NCBI RefSeq assembly: GCF_028689755.1
Contig: NZ_JAQVCO010000001.1
Direction: 5' to 3' (one strand)
Length of the DNA stretch: 64,000 bases
DNA from: Aquabacterium sp.
Lineage (GTDB): Bacteria > Pseudomonadota > Gammaproteobacteria > Burkholderiales > Burkholderiaceae_C
The notes beneath the pieces were generated by a model that searched no databases, was not told the origin of the DNA, and was given only the letters and a program-made list of their open reading frames with translations. Shown here piece after piece: positions 43,603 through 54,890 of the stretch. Positions within the stretch are counted from its first letter, which is position 1; every line of letters begins with the position of its first letter. The position numbers were made by a program, and so were the translations under genes.

Positions 43603-44385
43603 ATGGCTGCTCTCCCTTCGTCTACATCCTTGGCCATCCCGCGTCATGTCGCCATCGTGATGGACGGCAATGGACGCTGGGCGCGCAAGCGCTTCATGCC
43701 GCGCGGCCTGGGTCACAAGGCTGGCGTCGATGCGCTGGTCGAGGTGGTGCGGGCGGCGGCCAACCGAGGTGTCGGTTTCCTGACGGTGTTTGCGTTCTCG
43801 TCGGAGAACTGGAAACGCCCCGAGGAGGAGGTGTCCGGCCTGATGAGTTTGCTGTTGGTGGCGCTGTCCAAGCACATGGGCAAACTGAAAGCCGATGGCG
43901 TTCGGATCCGCGTCGCGGGTGACCTTGACCAGGTGTCCGACAAGGTGCGGTCGGCCTTGCTGGAGTCCGAGGCGTCCACGGCCGGGAATGACCGCCTGGT
44001 GTTGACCGTGGCGTTCAACTACGGTGGCCGTTGGGACATCGTGCAGGCCTGCCAGCGGGCGATGGCTGCGGGCGTGGCGCCGGAGGCGCTGGATGAAGCC
44101 ACCTTGTCCGGTTTCATGACGATGAGTTATGCACCGGACCCGGACCTGCTGATTCGCACCGGCGGTGAGGTGCGCTTGTCCAACTTTTTGTTGTGGCAAA
44201 GCGCCTACTCGGAACTGTATTTCACCGACTGCCTGTGGCCGGACTTTGATGGCGCTGAACTGGACCGCGCCATCGAGAGCTATGGCGAGCGAGAGCGTCG
44301 CTTTGGTGACGTGGGCGCGTCGGGTGAGGGGGAGGGCGCTGTCGGCGGTCTCGACGATGTGCTGGCCGAACGGGAAGGACTCTGA
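43603..44385 (+). CDS. uppS: Undecaprenyl diphosphate synthase
   Basis: HVAIVMDGNGRWA, FSSENWKRP, NYGGRWDI, IRTGGEVRLSNFLLWQ. Confidence 0.97.
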   Translation: MAALPSSTSLAIPRHVAIVMDGNGRWARKRFMPRGLGHKAGVDALVEVVRAAANRGVGFLTVFAFSSENWKRPEEEVSGLMSLLLVALSKHMGKLKADGVRIRVAGDLDQVSDKVRSALLESEASTAGNDRLVLTVAFNYGGRWDIVQACQRAMAAGVAPEALDEATLSGFMTMSYAPDPDLLIRTGGEVRLSNFLLWQSAYSELYFTDCLWPDFDGAELDRAIESYGERERRFGDVGASGEGEGAVGGLDDVLAEREGL

Positions 44386-44387
44386 AC

Positions 44388-45314
44388 ATGCTCAAGCAAC
44401 GCGTCATCACGGCCTTGATTCTGGCGGCCATCTTGCTGGCCAGTCTGTCCAGTGAGGCCAACTGGCCATTTTCTGCGCTGACCCTGGTGTTCATTTCGGC
44501 GGCGGGCTGGGAGTGGTCTCGCCTCAATGAGGCGCCGGGTGTGCGGGCCTGGCTCACGGGTGCCGCCGTGGCGGGCGGCTGTGTGTACGCCGCGCAGGTG
44601 GTGGGCTTGCCGGTCTGGGCGCAGGCCGTGGTCGACAACGGTTTGAACGTGCATCCGCATGTCCACGGACTGGGGCTGCCGCTGGCAGGCTTTCACGTCG
44701 CCACGGGCGTGTGGGCATTTGCCACCCTCGTCTGGGTGTTGGGCGGCGCGGCCGTGTTGCGCTATGGCAGCACCCATTGGCGCCAGGTGCCGGAGTTCTG
44801 GCGTCGCCTCCTGGGCTTGGCCTTGCTTGTCATGGCTTGGCTGGCCCTGGTGGAAAGCAAGGCGCAAGGCTTGAATTTCCTCCTGTCGGTGCTGTGCCTG
44901 GTCTGGGCCGCTGACATCGGCGCCTACTTTGGTGGCAAGGCCTTTGGTCGTCGCAAGCTGGCCCCCAGCATCAGCCCTGGCAAGAGCTGGGAGGGTGTCT
45001 GGAGCGGGATGGTGGCGGTGTGCGTGCTGGCCGCACTGTGGATCTGGGCCGATGCCAATCTCGGCGTGGACTCGCCGAGTCTGTACAGCCGCTTGTGGAT
45101 GGGGTTGGGTCCGCTGGGGATGTTGTTGGCCCTTGCATTTCTGGTCGCCGTGAGCGTGGTCGGTGATCTGTTCGAGTCCCTCGTCAAGCGGCAGGCCGGT
45201 GTGAAGGACAGCAGCCAGTTGTTGCCCGGGCATGGCGGTGTGCTCGATCGCATCGATGCCCTCTTGCCTACCTTGCCCTTGACCCTGGCTGTGTTGACCT
45301 TGTGCCATGCTTGA
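44388..45314 (+). CDS. cdsA: Phosphatidate cytidylyltransferase
   Basis: MLKQRVITAL, WAADIGAYFGGK, SPGKSWEG, KDSSQLLPGHGGVLDRIDA. Confidence 0.96.
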   Translation: MLKQRVITALILAAILLASLSSEANWPFSALTLVFISAAGWEWSRLNEAPGVRAWLTGAAVAGGCVYAAQVVGLPVWAQAVVDNGLNVHPHVHGLGLPLAGFHVATGVWAFATLVWVLGGAAVLRYGSTHWRQVPEFWRRLLGLALLVMAWLALVESKAQGLNFLLSVLCLVWAADIGAYFGGKAFGRRKLAPSISPGKSWEGVWSGMVAVCVLAALWIWADANLGVDSPSLYSRLWMGLGPLGMLLALAFLVAVSVVGDLFESLVKRQAGVKDSSQLLPGHGGVLDRIDALLPTLPLTLAVLTLCHA

Positions 45315-46515
45315 TACTCCGTTTTCTTCCCGTCGCCAGCGTGTCTGCATCCTGGGTGCCACCGGTTCGATCGGCACCAACACGCTTGATGTGCTGTCAC
45401 GCCATCCCGAGCAGTTCGAGGTGTGGGCGCTGACGGGGGCCTCCCGCGTCGATGAGCTGATGGCGCAGTGCCGCCAATGGCAGCCGCGCTACGCCGTGAT
45501 GCCCGATGAGACGGTGGCCCAACGCCTGCGTGCGCTGATCGCCGACGCAGGCTTGCGCACCGAGGTGCTCAGCGGGGCACAGGCCCTGATCGATGTGGCG
45601 TCGCATTCCGAGGTGGATGTGGTGATGGGCGCCATCGTTGGCGCCGCCGGCTTGCCACCTTGTCTGGCTGCTGCACGGGCCGGCAAGCGTCTGTTGCTGG
45701 CCAACAAGGAGGCGCTGGTGGTGGGCGGTGCCTTGTTCATGCGCGCGGTGGAGGAGGGCGGGGCGACGCTCTTGCCCATCGACAGTGAACACTCGGCCAT
45801 TTTTCAGTGCCTGCCCGAAGATCCCGCAGATTGGGCTGCGCGCATCGACCACATCGTGTTGACCGCGTCAGGCGGGCCTTTCCGGCAGCGTGACCCCGCC
45901 ACGTTTGGCGACATCACCCCCGAGCAGGCGTGCGCCCACCCCAACTGGGTCATGGGTCGCAAGATCTCGGTCGACTCGGCGACGATGATGAACAAGGCGC
46001 TGGAGGTGATTGAGGCCCGCTGGTTGTTCAACCTGCAGCCAGACCAGATCCGCGTGGTGCTGCACCCGCAAAGCATCATCCATTCGATGGTGGTGTGCCG
46101 TGACCGCTCGGTGCTGGCGCAACTGGGGACACCCGACATGCGCGTGCCGATTGCCTATGGCCTGTCGTGGCCGCAGCGCATCGAGTCGGGTGCCGACCTG
46201 CTGGACTTCACGCGCCTGAATGCCCTCACGTTCGAAGAGGCCGATGCACAGCGCTATCCTGGGCTGCAATTGGCCTGGGAGACACTCAAGGGCGAGGCGG
46301 GCAGCACCTGTGTGCTCAACGCGGCCAACGAGATCGCCGTGGAGGCCTTTCTGGCCCGTCGCATCCGTTTTGATCAGATCCACCGGGTTGTGGTCCAGTC
46401 CCTGTCGGACTGCCGGATTGAGCACTCGGCCACCGAGACGGTGGAAGGTTTGCTGGACCTCGACGGGCAGGCGCGCCGTGTGGCCTCGTCGGTCGTGGCG
46501 GGGCTGGCGGTTTGA
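45307..46515 (+). CDS. dxr: 1-deoxy-D-xylulose-5-phosphate reductoisomerase
   Basis: LGATGSIG, LANKE, PIDSEHSAIFQ, HPNWVMGRKISVDSATMMNK. Confidence 0.98.
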   Translation: MLDTPFSSRRQRVCILGATGSIGTNTLDVLSRHPEQFEVWALTGASRVDELMAQCRQWQPRYAVMPDETVAQRLRALIADAGLRTEVLSGAQALIDVASHSEVDVVMGAIVGAAGLPPCLAAARAGKRLLLANKEALVVGGALFMRAVEEGGATLLPIDSEHSAIFQCLPEDPADWAARIDHIVLTASGGPFRQRDPATFGDITPEQACAHPNWVMGRKISVDSATMMNKALEVIEARWLFNLQPDQIRVVLHPQSIIHSMVVCRDRSVLAQLGTPDMRVPIAYGLSWPQRIESGADLLDFTRLNALTFEEADAQRYPGLQLAWETLKGEAGSTCVLNAANEIAVEAFLARRIRFDQIHRVVVQSLSDCRIEHSATETVEGLLDLDGQARRVASSVVAGLAV

Positions 46516-46558
46516 CGCGGGCGCCAAGCATGTCGACACGCAGCGGTGACGCAGGAGA

Positions 46559-47965
46559 ATGACGATGTTGATGACGGTGCTGTCTTTTCTGGTGACGATC
46601 GGTGTGCTGGTGGTGATCCACGAGTACGGTCACTATCGGGCGGCGGTGGCCTGCAACGTCAAGGTGCTGCGGTTCTCCGTGGGCTTTGGCCAGGTCTTGT
46701 GGCGGCGTCAGCGGGGTGAAACCGAATTCGTGATCTCGGCGCTGCTCCTGGGCGGTTACGTCAAGATGCTGGACGAGCGCGAGGGCCCTGTGGATGCGTC
46801 CGAGCAACATCGCGCCTTCAACCGCAAGCCCTTGCGCCAGCGTGCCTTCGTTGTGGCCGCAGGCCCGCTGGCCAACCTGTTGCTGGCGGTGGTGCTGTAT
46901 GCCGGCGTGAACTGGGCGGGCGTGCAGGAGTTGCGCCCCTGGCTGGCGCAACCGCGCGCGGGCACCTTGGCGGCCGAAGCCGGCTTGCAGTCGCGGGACG
47001 AGGTGGTGGGCCTGGAAGTGCTCCAGGCTGGCGCGGACGCCGACCAGGCGAGCCAGCATGTCGTGCGTTCCATGACGGATTTGCAGTGGCTGTTCATCCA
47101 GTCTGCGCTGGCCGGTCAGGATGTGCGCCTGCAGCTGGAGTCGCGCGCGCAGCCCTCGGGGCCGGTGATCGAGCGTCGCAGTGTGGTGCTGGCCTTGAGC
47201 CGCATTCCCGCCGCCGAGGTGGATGGACGCTTGCTGGACCGTGTGGGCTTGAGTGGCCCGTACGCAGAGCCCTTGATTGCCGAGGTGTTGCCGGGTGGCC
47301 CTGCAGAGAAGGCCGGCCTGCGCGCCGGTGACCGCGTCTTGCAGGTCAACGGCGAGCCGCCTGCAGACGCCGGACAGCTGCGTCAAATGATCCGTGACAG
47401 TCAGGCCAATGGCGAGGCGCGCGCGCTGTCATTGCTGATCGAGCGGGCAGGCCAGACCCTGACATTGAATCTGTTGCCGGTGATGACCGACGTGCAGGGG
47501 CAGCGTGTGCCCCGCATCGAGGCCGCCCTGGGCAGCATGCCGGCCACGGTCGAGGTCAGCTATGGCCTGGTGGAGGGTTTGACCAAGGCCGCCACCAAGA
47601 CCTGGGACGTCTCGGTGATGAGCCTGAGCATGCTCGGCAAGATGTTGATGGGTGAGGCTTCCTTGCAAAACCTCAGTGGCCCGTTGACGATCGCCGACTA
47701 CGCGGGGCGTTCCGCGCAGATGGGTTGGGTCTACTACATTGGCTTCCTGGCCCTGGTCAGTGTGAGCCTGGGCGTGCTCAACTTGCTGCCGCTGCCCGTC
47801 CTCGATGGCGGGCACCTCATGTATTATCTTTTCGAAGGCGTCACGGGCCGGCCAGTTTCCGAAATCTGGCTGGAACGACTGCAGCGGGGTGGCGTGGCCA
47901 TCATGCTCGCAATGATGTCATTGGCCCTCTACAACGACTTGGCGCGTCTCTTTGGCGCGCACTGA
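46559..47965 (+). CDS. rseP: RIP metalloprotease RseP
   Basis: IHEYGH, LGGYVKM, AGPLAN, PDZ domains, NLLPLPVLDGG. Confidence 0.96.
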   Translation: MTMLMTVLSFLVTIGVLVVIHEYGHYRAAVACNVKVLRFSVGFGQVLWRRQRGETEFVISALLLGGYVKMLDEREGPVDASEQHRAFNRKPLRQRAFVVAAGPLANLLLAVVLYAGVNWAGVQELRPWLAQPRAGTLAAEAGLQSRDEVVGLEVLQAGADADQASQHVVRSMTDLQWLFIQSALAGQDVRLQLESRAQPSGPVIERRSVVLALSRIPAAEVDGRLLDRVGLSGPYAEPLIAEVLPGGPAEKAGLRAGDRVLQVNGEPPADAGQLRQMIRDSQANGEARALSLLIERAGQTLTLNLLPVMTDVQGQRVPRIEAALGSMPATVEVSYGLVEGLTKAATKTWDVSVMSLSMLGKMLMGEASLQNLSGPLTIADYAGRSAQMGWVYYIGFLALVSVSLGVLNLLPLPVLDGGHLMYYLFEGVTGRPVSEIWLERLQRGGVAIMLAMMSLALYNDLARLFGAH

Positions 47966-47975
47966 GTTTTCCTGC

Positions 47976-50276
47976 ATGCAAAGCCCTTTCATGACTGCTG
48001 TGCGGTTCAAACCGACCCTGCTCGCCGCCCTCCTGGCGACATCCCTGTTTCACGCCGCCTGGGCGGTTGAACCATTTGTGCTGAAGGACATTCGTGTCGA
48101 GGGCCTGCAGCGCGCAGACGCCGGCACGGTGTTCGCCTCGCTGCCTTTCCGTGTCGGTGACACCTACACCGACGACAAGGGGTCCGCAGGTTTGCGCGCC
48201 TTGTTCGCCACCGGCCTGTTCAAGGATGTCCGCATCCAGGTCGACGGCAATGTCGTCGTCGTCGTCGTCGAAGAGCGTCCCGTGATTTCGCGCGTCGAAT
48301 TTGTCGGCACCAAAGAGTTCGACAAGGACATCCTGGTCAAGGCGCTCAAGGACATCGGTATCGGCGAGGGCCAGCCCTTTGACCGCGCCCTGGCCGACCG
48401 CGCCGAGCAGGAACTCAAGCGCCAGTACCTCACCCGCAGTCTGTATGGCGTGGAAGTGATTTCCACCATCACGCCTACCGAGCGCAACCGCGTCAACGTG
48501 ACCTTCACGGTCACCGAAGGCGAGGTCACCAAGATCAAGAGCATCCGCATCACGGGCAATCAGGCTTTCTCTGAAAGCACCCTGATTTCGCAGATGGACC
48601 TGACCAAGGGGGGCTGGCTGACCTGGTACACCAAGTCCGACCAGTACGCGCGCGCCAAGCTGAACGCCGACCTGGAAACGATCAAGGCCTACTACCTGAA
48701 CCGGGGCTACCTGGAGTTCAAGATCGAGTCGGCACAGGTGATCATTTCGCCCGACAAGCAGGACATCTCGATCGCGATCAGCGTGAACGAAGGCCCCCGC
48801 TATGTGGTGACCGGCGTGCGCCTGGAAGGCGAGTACCTGGGCAAGGAAACCGAGTTCCGCAAGCTGGTGACCATCGAGCCGGGCGAGGCCTATCGCGCCG
48901 ATGCCGTGGCCGCCACCACCAGGGCCTTCACCGACCGCTTTGCGGCCTTTGGTTACGCCTTTGCCCGTGTCGAGTTCCGGCCGGAACTGGACCGTGCCAA
49001 GGGGCAGGCAGTGGCCGTGCTGGTGGCGCAGCCCCAGCGTCGCGTCTACGTGCGCCGCGTGAACGTGGCAGGCAACTCCCGCACGCGTGACGAAGTGATT
49101 CGCCGCGAATTCCGCCAGTTTGAGGCGGCCTGGTACGACGGTCAGAAGATCAAGCTGTCGCGTGACCGGGTTGACCGTCTGGGCTACTTCAAGGCTGTGG
49201 ACATTGAAACCGTGGAAGTGCCGGGCACCGCCGACCAGGTGGACCTGACCATTTCGGTCGAAGAAAAGCCCACCGGCAACCTGATGCTGGGCGCGGGCTT
49301 TTCGAGCGCCGAAAAGTTCACGCTGACGGCGTCTGTCAAGCAGGACAACGTGTTCGGGACCGGTAACTACCTGGGCATTGACCTGAACACCAGCAAGTAC
49401 AACCGCACCATCGTGATCAGCACGGTGGACCCGTACTTCACCGACGATGGCGTGTCGCGCTCGTTTGACTTGTACTACCGCACGTCGCGTCCGCTGAGTA
49501 CACAAGGTGGCAATGATTACAAGATTGTGACGCCCGGTGGTGCCGTGCGGTTCGGCGTGCCGTTCACCGAGTACGACACCGTGTTCTTCGGGGCTGGCGT
49601 GGAGCAGACTACGCTCAAGGGGGATGTGCCGCTCAGTTATCAGCTGTTCCGTGAGACCTTTGGCGAAACCAGTCTGTCGGTCCCCTTGACTGTGGGATGG
49701 TCGCGAGATGCGCGTGACAGCCTGATCGCACCGACCCGTGGCCGCTACCAGCGACTGAACCTGGAGCTGGGTGTGGCAGGGGACACCCGTTATCTGCGTG
49801 GTGACTACCAGTTCCAGCAGTTCATTCCCCTGTCCAACCGCTTCACGTTGGGTCTCAATGCGGAGATCGGTTACGGAAAGGGCCTGTCCGGCAAGCCGTA
49901 CCCGCTCTTCAAGAATTTCTATGGTGGTGGCCTGGGCACCGTTCGAGGTTTCGAGCAGAACTCGCTGGGCACGCCTGATGCGTCAGGTTCATATATTGGC
50001 GGCAATCGTCGCGCGAACGTCAATGCCGAGTTGTATGTGCCGTTTCCCGGCGCCGGCAACGACCGCACGCTGCGCCTGTTCGGCTATATGGACGCAGGTA
50101 ATGTTTGGATTGAGCGTGAGTCCATGAGCTTCAGTGATGTGCGTGCCTCCGTCGGGGTGGGCATCAGCTGGGTCTCTCCGGTGGGCCCGCTCAAGCTGAG
50201 TTACGGCAAACCTTTCCGCTTCCAGGACCAAGATAAAATCCAACGTCTTCAGTTCCAGATCGGGACGGCATTCTGA
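47976..50276 (+). CDS. bamA: Outer membrane protein assembly factor BamA
   Basis: POTRA domains (DIRVEGLQR), VRGFEQNSLG loop, C-terminal FQIGTAF; start uncertain (47976 or 47991). Confidence 0.97.
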   Translation: MQSPFMTAVRFKPTLLAALLATSLFHAAWAVEPFVLKDIRVEGLQRADAGTVFASLPFRVGDTYTDDKGSAGLRALFATGLFKDVRIQVDGNVVVVVVEERPVISRVEFVGTKEFDKDILVKALKDIGIGEGQPFDRALADRAEQELKRQYLTRSLYGVEVISTITPTERNRVNVTFTVTEGEVTKIKSIRITGNQAFSESTLISQMDLTKGGWLTWYTKSDQYARAKLNADLETIKAYYLNRGYLEFKIESAQVIISPDKQDISIAISVNEGPRYVVTGVRLEGEYLGKETEFRKLVTIEPGEAYRADAVAATTRAFTDRFAAFGYAFARVEFRPELDRAKGQAVAVLVAQPQRRVYVRRVNVAGNSRTRDEVIRREFRQFEAAWYDGQKIKLSRDRVDRLGYFKAVDIETVEVPGTADQVDLTISVEEKPTGNLMLGAGFSSAEKFTLTASVKQDNVFGTGNYLGIDLNTSKYNRTIVISTVDPYFTDDGVSRSFDLYYRTSRPLSTQGGNDYKIVTPGGAVRFGVPFTEYDTVFFGAGVEQTTLKGDVPLSYQLFRETFGETSLSVPLTVGWSRDARDSLIAPTRGRYQRLNLELGVAGDTRYLRGDYQFQQFIPLSNRFTLGLNAEIGYGKGLSGKPYPLFKNFYGGGLGTVRGFEQNSLGTPDASGSYIGGNRRANVNAELYVPFPGAGNDRTLRLFGYMDAGNVWIERESMSFSDVRASVGVGISWVSPVGPLKLSYGKPFRFQDQDKIQRLQFQIGTAF

Positions 50277-50278
50277 CC

Positions 50279-50791
50279 ATGACTTCGCACCTCAAGAACC
50301 TTCTGGTGGCCAGCCTGCTGTGTGGCTCGGCTCTGCTTGCGCATGGCCAGGAGCTCAAAATTGGTTACGTCAACCTCGACCGGGTGCTGCGTGATGCATC
50401 TCCGGCCAAGGCGGCACAGGCCAAGCTGGAAGGCGAGTTCACCCGGCGCGAGAAAGACCTGACCGATACGGCGTCGCGGCTCAAAAGCGCCACGGAGCGC
50501 TTCGAAAAGGACGCCCCCACGCTGGGTGAGTCCGAGCGCAGCCGTCGCCAGCGCGACCTGGTGGAGCAGGACCGGGAGTTGCAGCGCAAGCGCCGCGAGT
50601 TTCAGGAGGACCTGAACCAGCGCAAGAACGAAGAGCTGGCTGCGGTGCTGGACCGTGCGCAGCGCGTCGTCAAGCAAATCTTTGATCAGGAGAAGTACGA
50701 TCTGATCTTGCAGGAAGCGGTGTTTTTCAGCCCTCGCGTCGACATCACCGACAAGGTCATCAAGGCCATGAACGGCGGATCGGGCAAGTGA
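50279..50791 (+). CDS. skp: Periplasmic chaperone Skp (OmpH)
   Basis: Signal peptide, [25 protein letters not shown]; located between bamA and lpxD. Confidence 0.93.
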   Translation: MTSHLKNLLVASLLCGSALLAHGQELKIGYVNLDRVLRDASPAKAAQAKLEGEFTRREKDLTDTASRLKSATERFEKDAPTLGESERSRRQRDLVEQDRELQRKRREFQEDLNQRKNEELAAVLDRAQRVVKQIFDQEKYDLILQEAVFFSPRVDITDKVIKAMNGGSGK

Positions 50792-51831
50792 CCGCGATGT
50801 CCGTGCATGTGACGCTCGGCCAGTTGGTGGCCGAGCTGGGCGGCACCTTGATCGGTGACCCGGGCACCGTGATCCAGCAGATCGGCCCCCTGGACAGCGA
50901 CGCGTCGCACGCCATCGCCTTCCTGTCGAACCCGAAGTATCGTGCGCAGCTGACCACGACCAAGGCCGCTTGTGTCATTGTCAGCCCGGCGGTTCAGGAT
51001 GAGGCCACGGCGCGCGGGGCGGTCATCGTCACCGACGATCCTTACCTGTACTTCGCGCGCCTGACGCAGTGGTGGGCGCAGCAGGTGCGACCGCGTCCGG
51101 CAGCCGGCATCCACCCCTCGGCCGTGGTGGACCCGACCGCGGTGATCGGCCCCGACGTCACCATCGGCCCCCTGGCCGTGATCGAGGCCGGCGCCATCGT
51201 CGAAGCTGGTGCCCAGGTCGGCGCGCAATGCTTTGTGGGCGCGCGGGCCCGCGTTGGCGAACACACCCGCCTGGCGCCGCAGGTGACGCTGGGTTTTGAC
51301 TGTGTGGTCGGCGCGCGTTGCATTTTGCACAGCGGCGTGGTGATTGGCGCCGACGGCTTCGGCTTCGCTCCCAACCAGGGCCGCTGGGAAAAGATCGAGC
51401 AACTCGGTGCGGTGCGCATTGGCGATGACGTGGAGCTGGGTGCGAACACCTGTGTGGACCGTGGCGCGCTGGATGACACCGTGATCGAAAACGGCGTCAA
51501 GCTCGACAACCTGGTTCAAATTGCCCACAACGTCCACATTGGCGAGCATGCGGCCATGGCCGGTTGTGTCGGCGTGGCTGGCAGCGCCCGCATCGGCAAG
51601 CATTGCACCGTGGGCGGTGCGGGCATGATCCTGGGACACCTCACATTGGCGGACAATGTGCATGTGTCATCCGGCACCCTGATTTCTCGCTCTGTGCTCA
51701 AGCCTGGCTTGTACAGTGGCGCCTTCCCCTTTGACGAGAACGCATCGTGGGAGAAGAATGCAGCGACCCTGCGTCAACTCCATGCCTTGCGTGACCGTAT
51801 CCGAACCCTAGAAAAGCAAGTGAAAAGCTGA
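50788..51831 (+). CDS. lpxD: UDP-3-O-(3-hydroxyacyl)glucosamine N-acyltransferase
   Basis: FLSNPKY, DPYLYFA, hexapeptide repeats, [19 protein letters not shown]. Confidence 0.97.
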   Translation: MTAMSVHVTLGQLVAELGGTLIGDPGTVIQQIGPLDSDASHAIAFLSNPKYRAQLTTTKAACVIVSPAVQDEATARGAVIVTDDPYLYFARLTQWWAQQVRPRPAAGIHPSAVVDPTAVIGPDVTIGPLAVIEAGAIVEAGAQVGAQCFVGARARVGEHTRLAPQVTLGFDCVVGARCILHSGVVIGADGFGFAPNQGRWEKIEQLGAVRIGDDVELGANTCVDRGALDDTVIENGVKLDNLVQIAHNVHIGEHAAMAGCVGVAGSARIGKHCTVGGAGMILGHLTLADNVHVSSGTLISRSVLKPGLYSGAFPFDENASWEKNAATLRQLHALRDRIRTLEKQVKS

Positions 51832-52268
51832 TGGACATCCATAAGATTCTTCAAAAGCTCCCGCACCGCTACCCCTTCCTGTTGGTGGACCGTGTGCTGG
51901 AAGTCGAAAAGAACGTTCGCATTCGTGCCTTGAAGAACGTGACGATCAACGAGCCTTTCTTCCAGGGCCACTTCCCCACCCGCCCGGTGATGCCTGGCGT
52001 GTTGATGCTGGAAGCGCTGGCGCAGACGGCCGCGTTGCTCGCTTTCGAGACCCAAGGTGAAGGCGTGGACGAGAACTCCGTCTATTACTTTGTGGGCATC
52101 GACGGTGCGCGTTTCAAGCGCCCGGTGGAGCCGGGTGACCAGCTCTTCCTGGATGTGCAGATGGACCGCAACAAGGGCGGCATCTACAAGTTCAATGCTC
52201 AGGCCCTGGTGGGTGAGGAGCTGGCGGTGTCGGCACAACTGATGTGCACCGTGCGCAAGGTGTCCTGA
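51831..52268 (+). CDS. fabZ: 3-hydroxyacyl-ACP dehydratase
   Basis: [32 protein letters not shown]. Confidence 0.98.
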   Translation: MDIHKILQKLPHRYPFLLVDRVLEVEKNVRIRALKNVTINEPFFQGHFPTRPVMPGVLMLEALAQTAALLAFETQGEGVDENSVYYFVGIDGARFKRPVEPGDQLFLDVQMDRNKGGIYKFNAQALVGEELAVSAQLMCTVRKVS

Positions 52269-52275
52269 GGCGCAG

Positions 52276-53064
52276 ATGGCGAACATCCATCCCAGCGCCA
52301 TCGTCGACCCCGCAGCGCAACTGGCCGACTCGGTCACGGTGGGCCCCTTTACCACGATCGGGCCGAACGTCCGCATTGGTGAAGGCTGCAGCATCGGTGC
52401 GCACTGCGTGATCGAGGGACACACCACGATTGGCCGCGACAACAAGATTTTCCAGTTCGCCTCCTTGGGGGCCGACCCGCAAGACAAGAAGTACAAGGGT
52501 GAGCCCACCCAGTTGATCATTGGCGACCGCAACACCATCCGCGAGTTCACCACCTTCAACACGGGCACCGTTCAGGATAAGGGTGTCACGCAGATCGGCG
52601 ATGACAACTGGATCATGGCCTATGTGCATGTGGCCCATGACTGTGTCATCGGTGACCACAATGTGATCGCCAACTCGGTGCAGTTTGCCGGCCACGTGAC
52701 CGTGGGCAGCTACACCTTGATCGGTGGCATCAGCGGCATCCACCAGTTTGTGCGCATTGGTGACTTTGCCATGCTGGGCTTTCAGACCCGCTTGTCGCAA
52801 GACCTGCCACCGTTTGTCGTGGCGGCGGGCAACCCCGCCGAAGCGCAGAACGTGCACCAGGAAGGCCCACGTCGCCGCGGCTTTTCGCCTGAGCGTCTGA
52901 CCATGCTCAAGCAGATGTACCGAGCGCTGTATCGCAAGGGCTTGACGCTGGAGGCCGCCAAGGCCGAGATCGACCAGTTGCGCGGTCAGGCGCCGGACGC
53001 GGATGCCGACATCGACAAGATGCTGGCTTTCCTGGCAGGTGCCGAACGCGGCATCGTGCGCTGA
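52276..53064 (+). CDS. lpxA: Acyl-ACP--UDP-N-acetylglucosamine O-acyltransferase
   Basis: [25 protein letters not shown], hexapeptide repeats. Confidence 0.98.
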   Translation: MANIHPSAIVDPAAQLADSVTVGPFTTIGPNVRIGEGCSIGAHCVIEGHTTIGRDNKIFQFASLGADPQDKKYKGEPTQLIIGDRNTIREFTTFNTGTVQDKGVTQIGDDNWIMAYVHVAHDCVIGDHNVIANSVQFAGHVTVGSYTLIGGISGIHQFVRIGDFAMLGFQTRLSQDLPPFVVAAGNPAEAQNVHQEGPRRRGFSPERLTMLKQMYRALYRKGLTLEAAKAEIDQLRGQAPDADADIDKMLAFLAGAERGIVR

Positions 53065-53067
53065 GCG

Positions 53068-54219
53068 ATGGCCTCTCTTGATCCGCGCGTGGCCATGGTG
53101 GCCGGCGAAACCTCGGGCGATCTGCTGTCTGGTTTGCTGCTGGGCGGCTTGAAGGCGCGCTGGCCGGGTCTGTCTTCCTGCGGCATTGGTGGCCCCCGCA
53201 TGGCCGAGCATGGGTTTGAGGCCTGGTGGCCTTACCAGAAGCTGGCGGTGCATGGTTTCAACATGGAGGTGCTGCGGCGCTTTCGTGAAATCTGGACCAT
53301 CCGCCGTGACCTGGGTGACCGCCTGCTGGCGGATCGTCCCGATGTGTTTGTCGGGGTCGATGCGCCGGACTTCAATCTGGGTCTGGAGGCCCGCCTGAAG
53401 GCCGAGGGCATCAAGACGGTGCATTTCGTCAGCCCCTCCATCTGGGCCTGGCGCGGCGGGCGCATCCACAAGATCCATCGCTCGGTGGACCACATGCTGT
53501 GCCTGTTCCCCTTTGAGCCCAAGCTGTACCACGATCACGGCATCGCGGCGACGTTCGTCGGGCACCCGCTGGCGGACACCATTCCGCTGGAAGTGCCGCG
53601 TGCCCAGGCCCGCGCCAGCCTGGGCCTGGATGAGCAGACGCCGGTGGTCGCCATCTTGCCGGGCAGCCGTCGCGGTGAGGTGCTGCACAACACGCCGGCT
53701 TTCTTGCAGACCGTGGCACTGCTGAGCCGGCAACGGCCGGATTTGCGCTTTGTGCTGCCGGTGGTGCCAGGCTTGCGCGACATGGTGGAGCCCATGGTGC
53801 GCGAGCACGCGCCTGACGCCCCGTTGACGCTGCTCGATGGCCGCTCGCATGAAGCCTTGGCGGCCTGTGATGTCACCTTGATCGCCAGCGGCACCGCCAC
53901 GCTGGAGGCGGCACTGTTCAAGCGTCCCATGGTGATCGCCTACAAGATCAGTGGTTTGAGCTGGCAGATCATGAAGCGCATGGCCTATCTGCCATGGGTG
54001 GGCCTGCCCAACATCTTGCTGTCGGACTCGGTGGTGCCCGAGCGCCTGCAGGATGAGGCCAATCCCGCCCAACTCGCGGCCGATGTGCTGGCGTGGCTGG
54101 ACCAGCCCGCGCGTGCAGCCACTGTGCAGCAGCGCTTCCTTGAACTTCACCACCAGCTGAAACAGGATACGGCTCGCGCCGCCAGTGATGCCATCGCCCA
54201 AGTCCTCGAAACGCGCTGA
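53068..54219 (+). CDS. lpxB: Lipid-A-disaccharide synthase
   Basis: [41 protein letters not shown]. Confidence 0.97.
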   Translation: MASLDPRVAMVAGETSGDLLSGLLLGGLKARWPGLSSCGIGGPRMAEHGFEAWWPYQKLAVHGFNMEVLRRFREIWTIRRDLGDRLLADRPDVFVGVDAPDFNLGLEARLKAEGIKTVHFVSPSIWAWRGGRIHKIHRSVDHMLCLFPFEPKLYHDHGIAATFVGHPLADTIPLEVPRAQARASLGLDEQTPVVAILPGSRRGEVLHNTPAFLQTVALLSRQRPDLRFVLPVVPGLRDMVEPMVREHAPDAPLTLLDGRSHEALAACDVTLIASGTATLEAALFKRPMVIAYKISGLSWQIMKRMAYLPWVGLPNILLSDSVVPERLQDEANPAQLAADVLAWLDQPARAATVQQRFLELHHQLKQDTARAASDAIAQVLETR

Positions 54220-54874
54220 CCTTGCCAAGGCCACAGAAGCGCCTTTTCAGCTCGACCTGCTTTGGCCGGTGGATGCCGTGGGCCTGATGGCCGGCGTGGA
54301 CGAGGCCGGGCGTGGCCCCCTGGCGGGGCCGGTGGTGGCGGCAGCGGTGATCCTGGATGACCAACAGCCAATCACGGGGCTGGCGGATTCGAAGAAACTC
54401 ACGGCCCGTCGCCGCGACAGCCTGTACGACGAAATCCGCGCCAAGGCCCTGTGCTGCTGCATTGCCGAAGCCAGCGTCGAGGAGATCGATGCGCTGAATA
54501 TCTTGCAGGCCACGATGCTGGCCATGCGGCGCGCGGTGGAGGGCCTGCGGCTCAAACCCGCCATGGTGCTGGTGGATGGCAACCGCATCCCGGTGTTGAA
54601 CGTGCCCGCGCAAGCCATCGTCAAGGGCGATGCCAAGGTGCAGGCGATTTCTGCCGCATCCATTCTGGCCAAGGTACACCGTGACCGCCTGTGCACGCAA
54701 TTGCACGAGGCGTATCCGCAGTACGGGTTTGAGGTTCACAAGGGCTATCCCACCGCGGCTCATTTGACCGCGCTGCGCGAGCACGGTGCCACACCGGCAC
54801 ACCGACGCACCTTCGGACCCGTCAAGTTGGCATTGGCCAGCGCCGCCGACCCATTGGCCGCGCTGGCGCGTTGA
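54185..54874 (+). CDS. rnhB: Ribonuclease HII
   Basis: [36 protein letters not shown]. Confidence 0.97.
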   Translation: MMPSPKSSKRADLAKATEAPFQLDLLWPVDAVGLMAGVDEAGRGPLAGPVVAAAVILDDQQPITGLADSKKLTARRRDSLYDEIRAKALCCCIAEASVEEIDALNILQATMLAMRRAVEGLRLKPAMVLVDGNRIPVLNVPAQAIVKGDAKVQAISAASILAKVHRDRLCTQLHEAYPQYGFEVHKGYPTAAHLTALREHGATPAHRRTFGPVKLALASAADPLAALAR

Positions 54875-54890
54875 CCTGCATTTTGTTGCC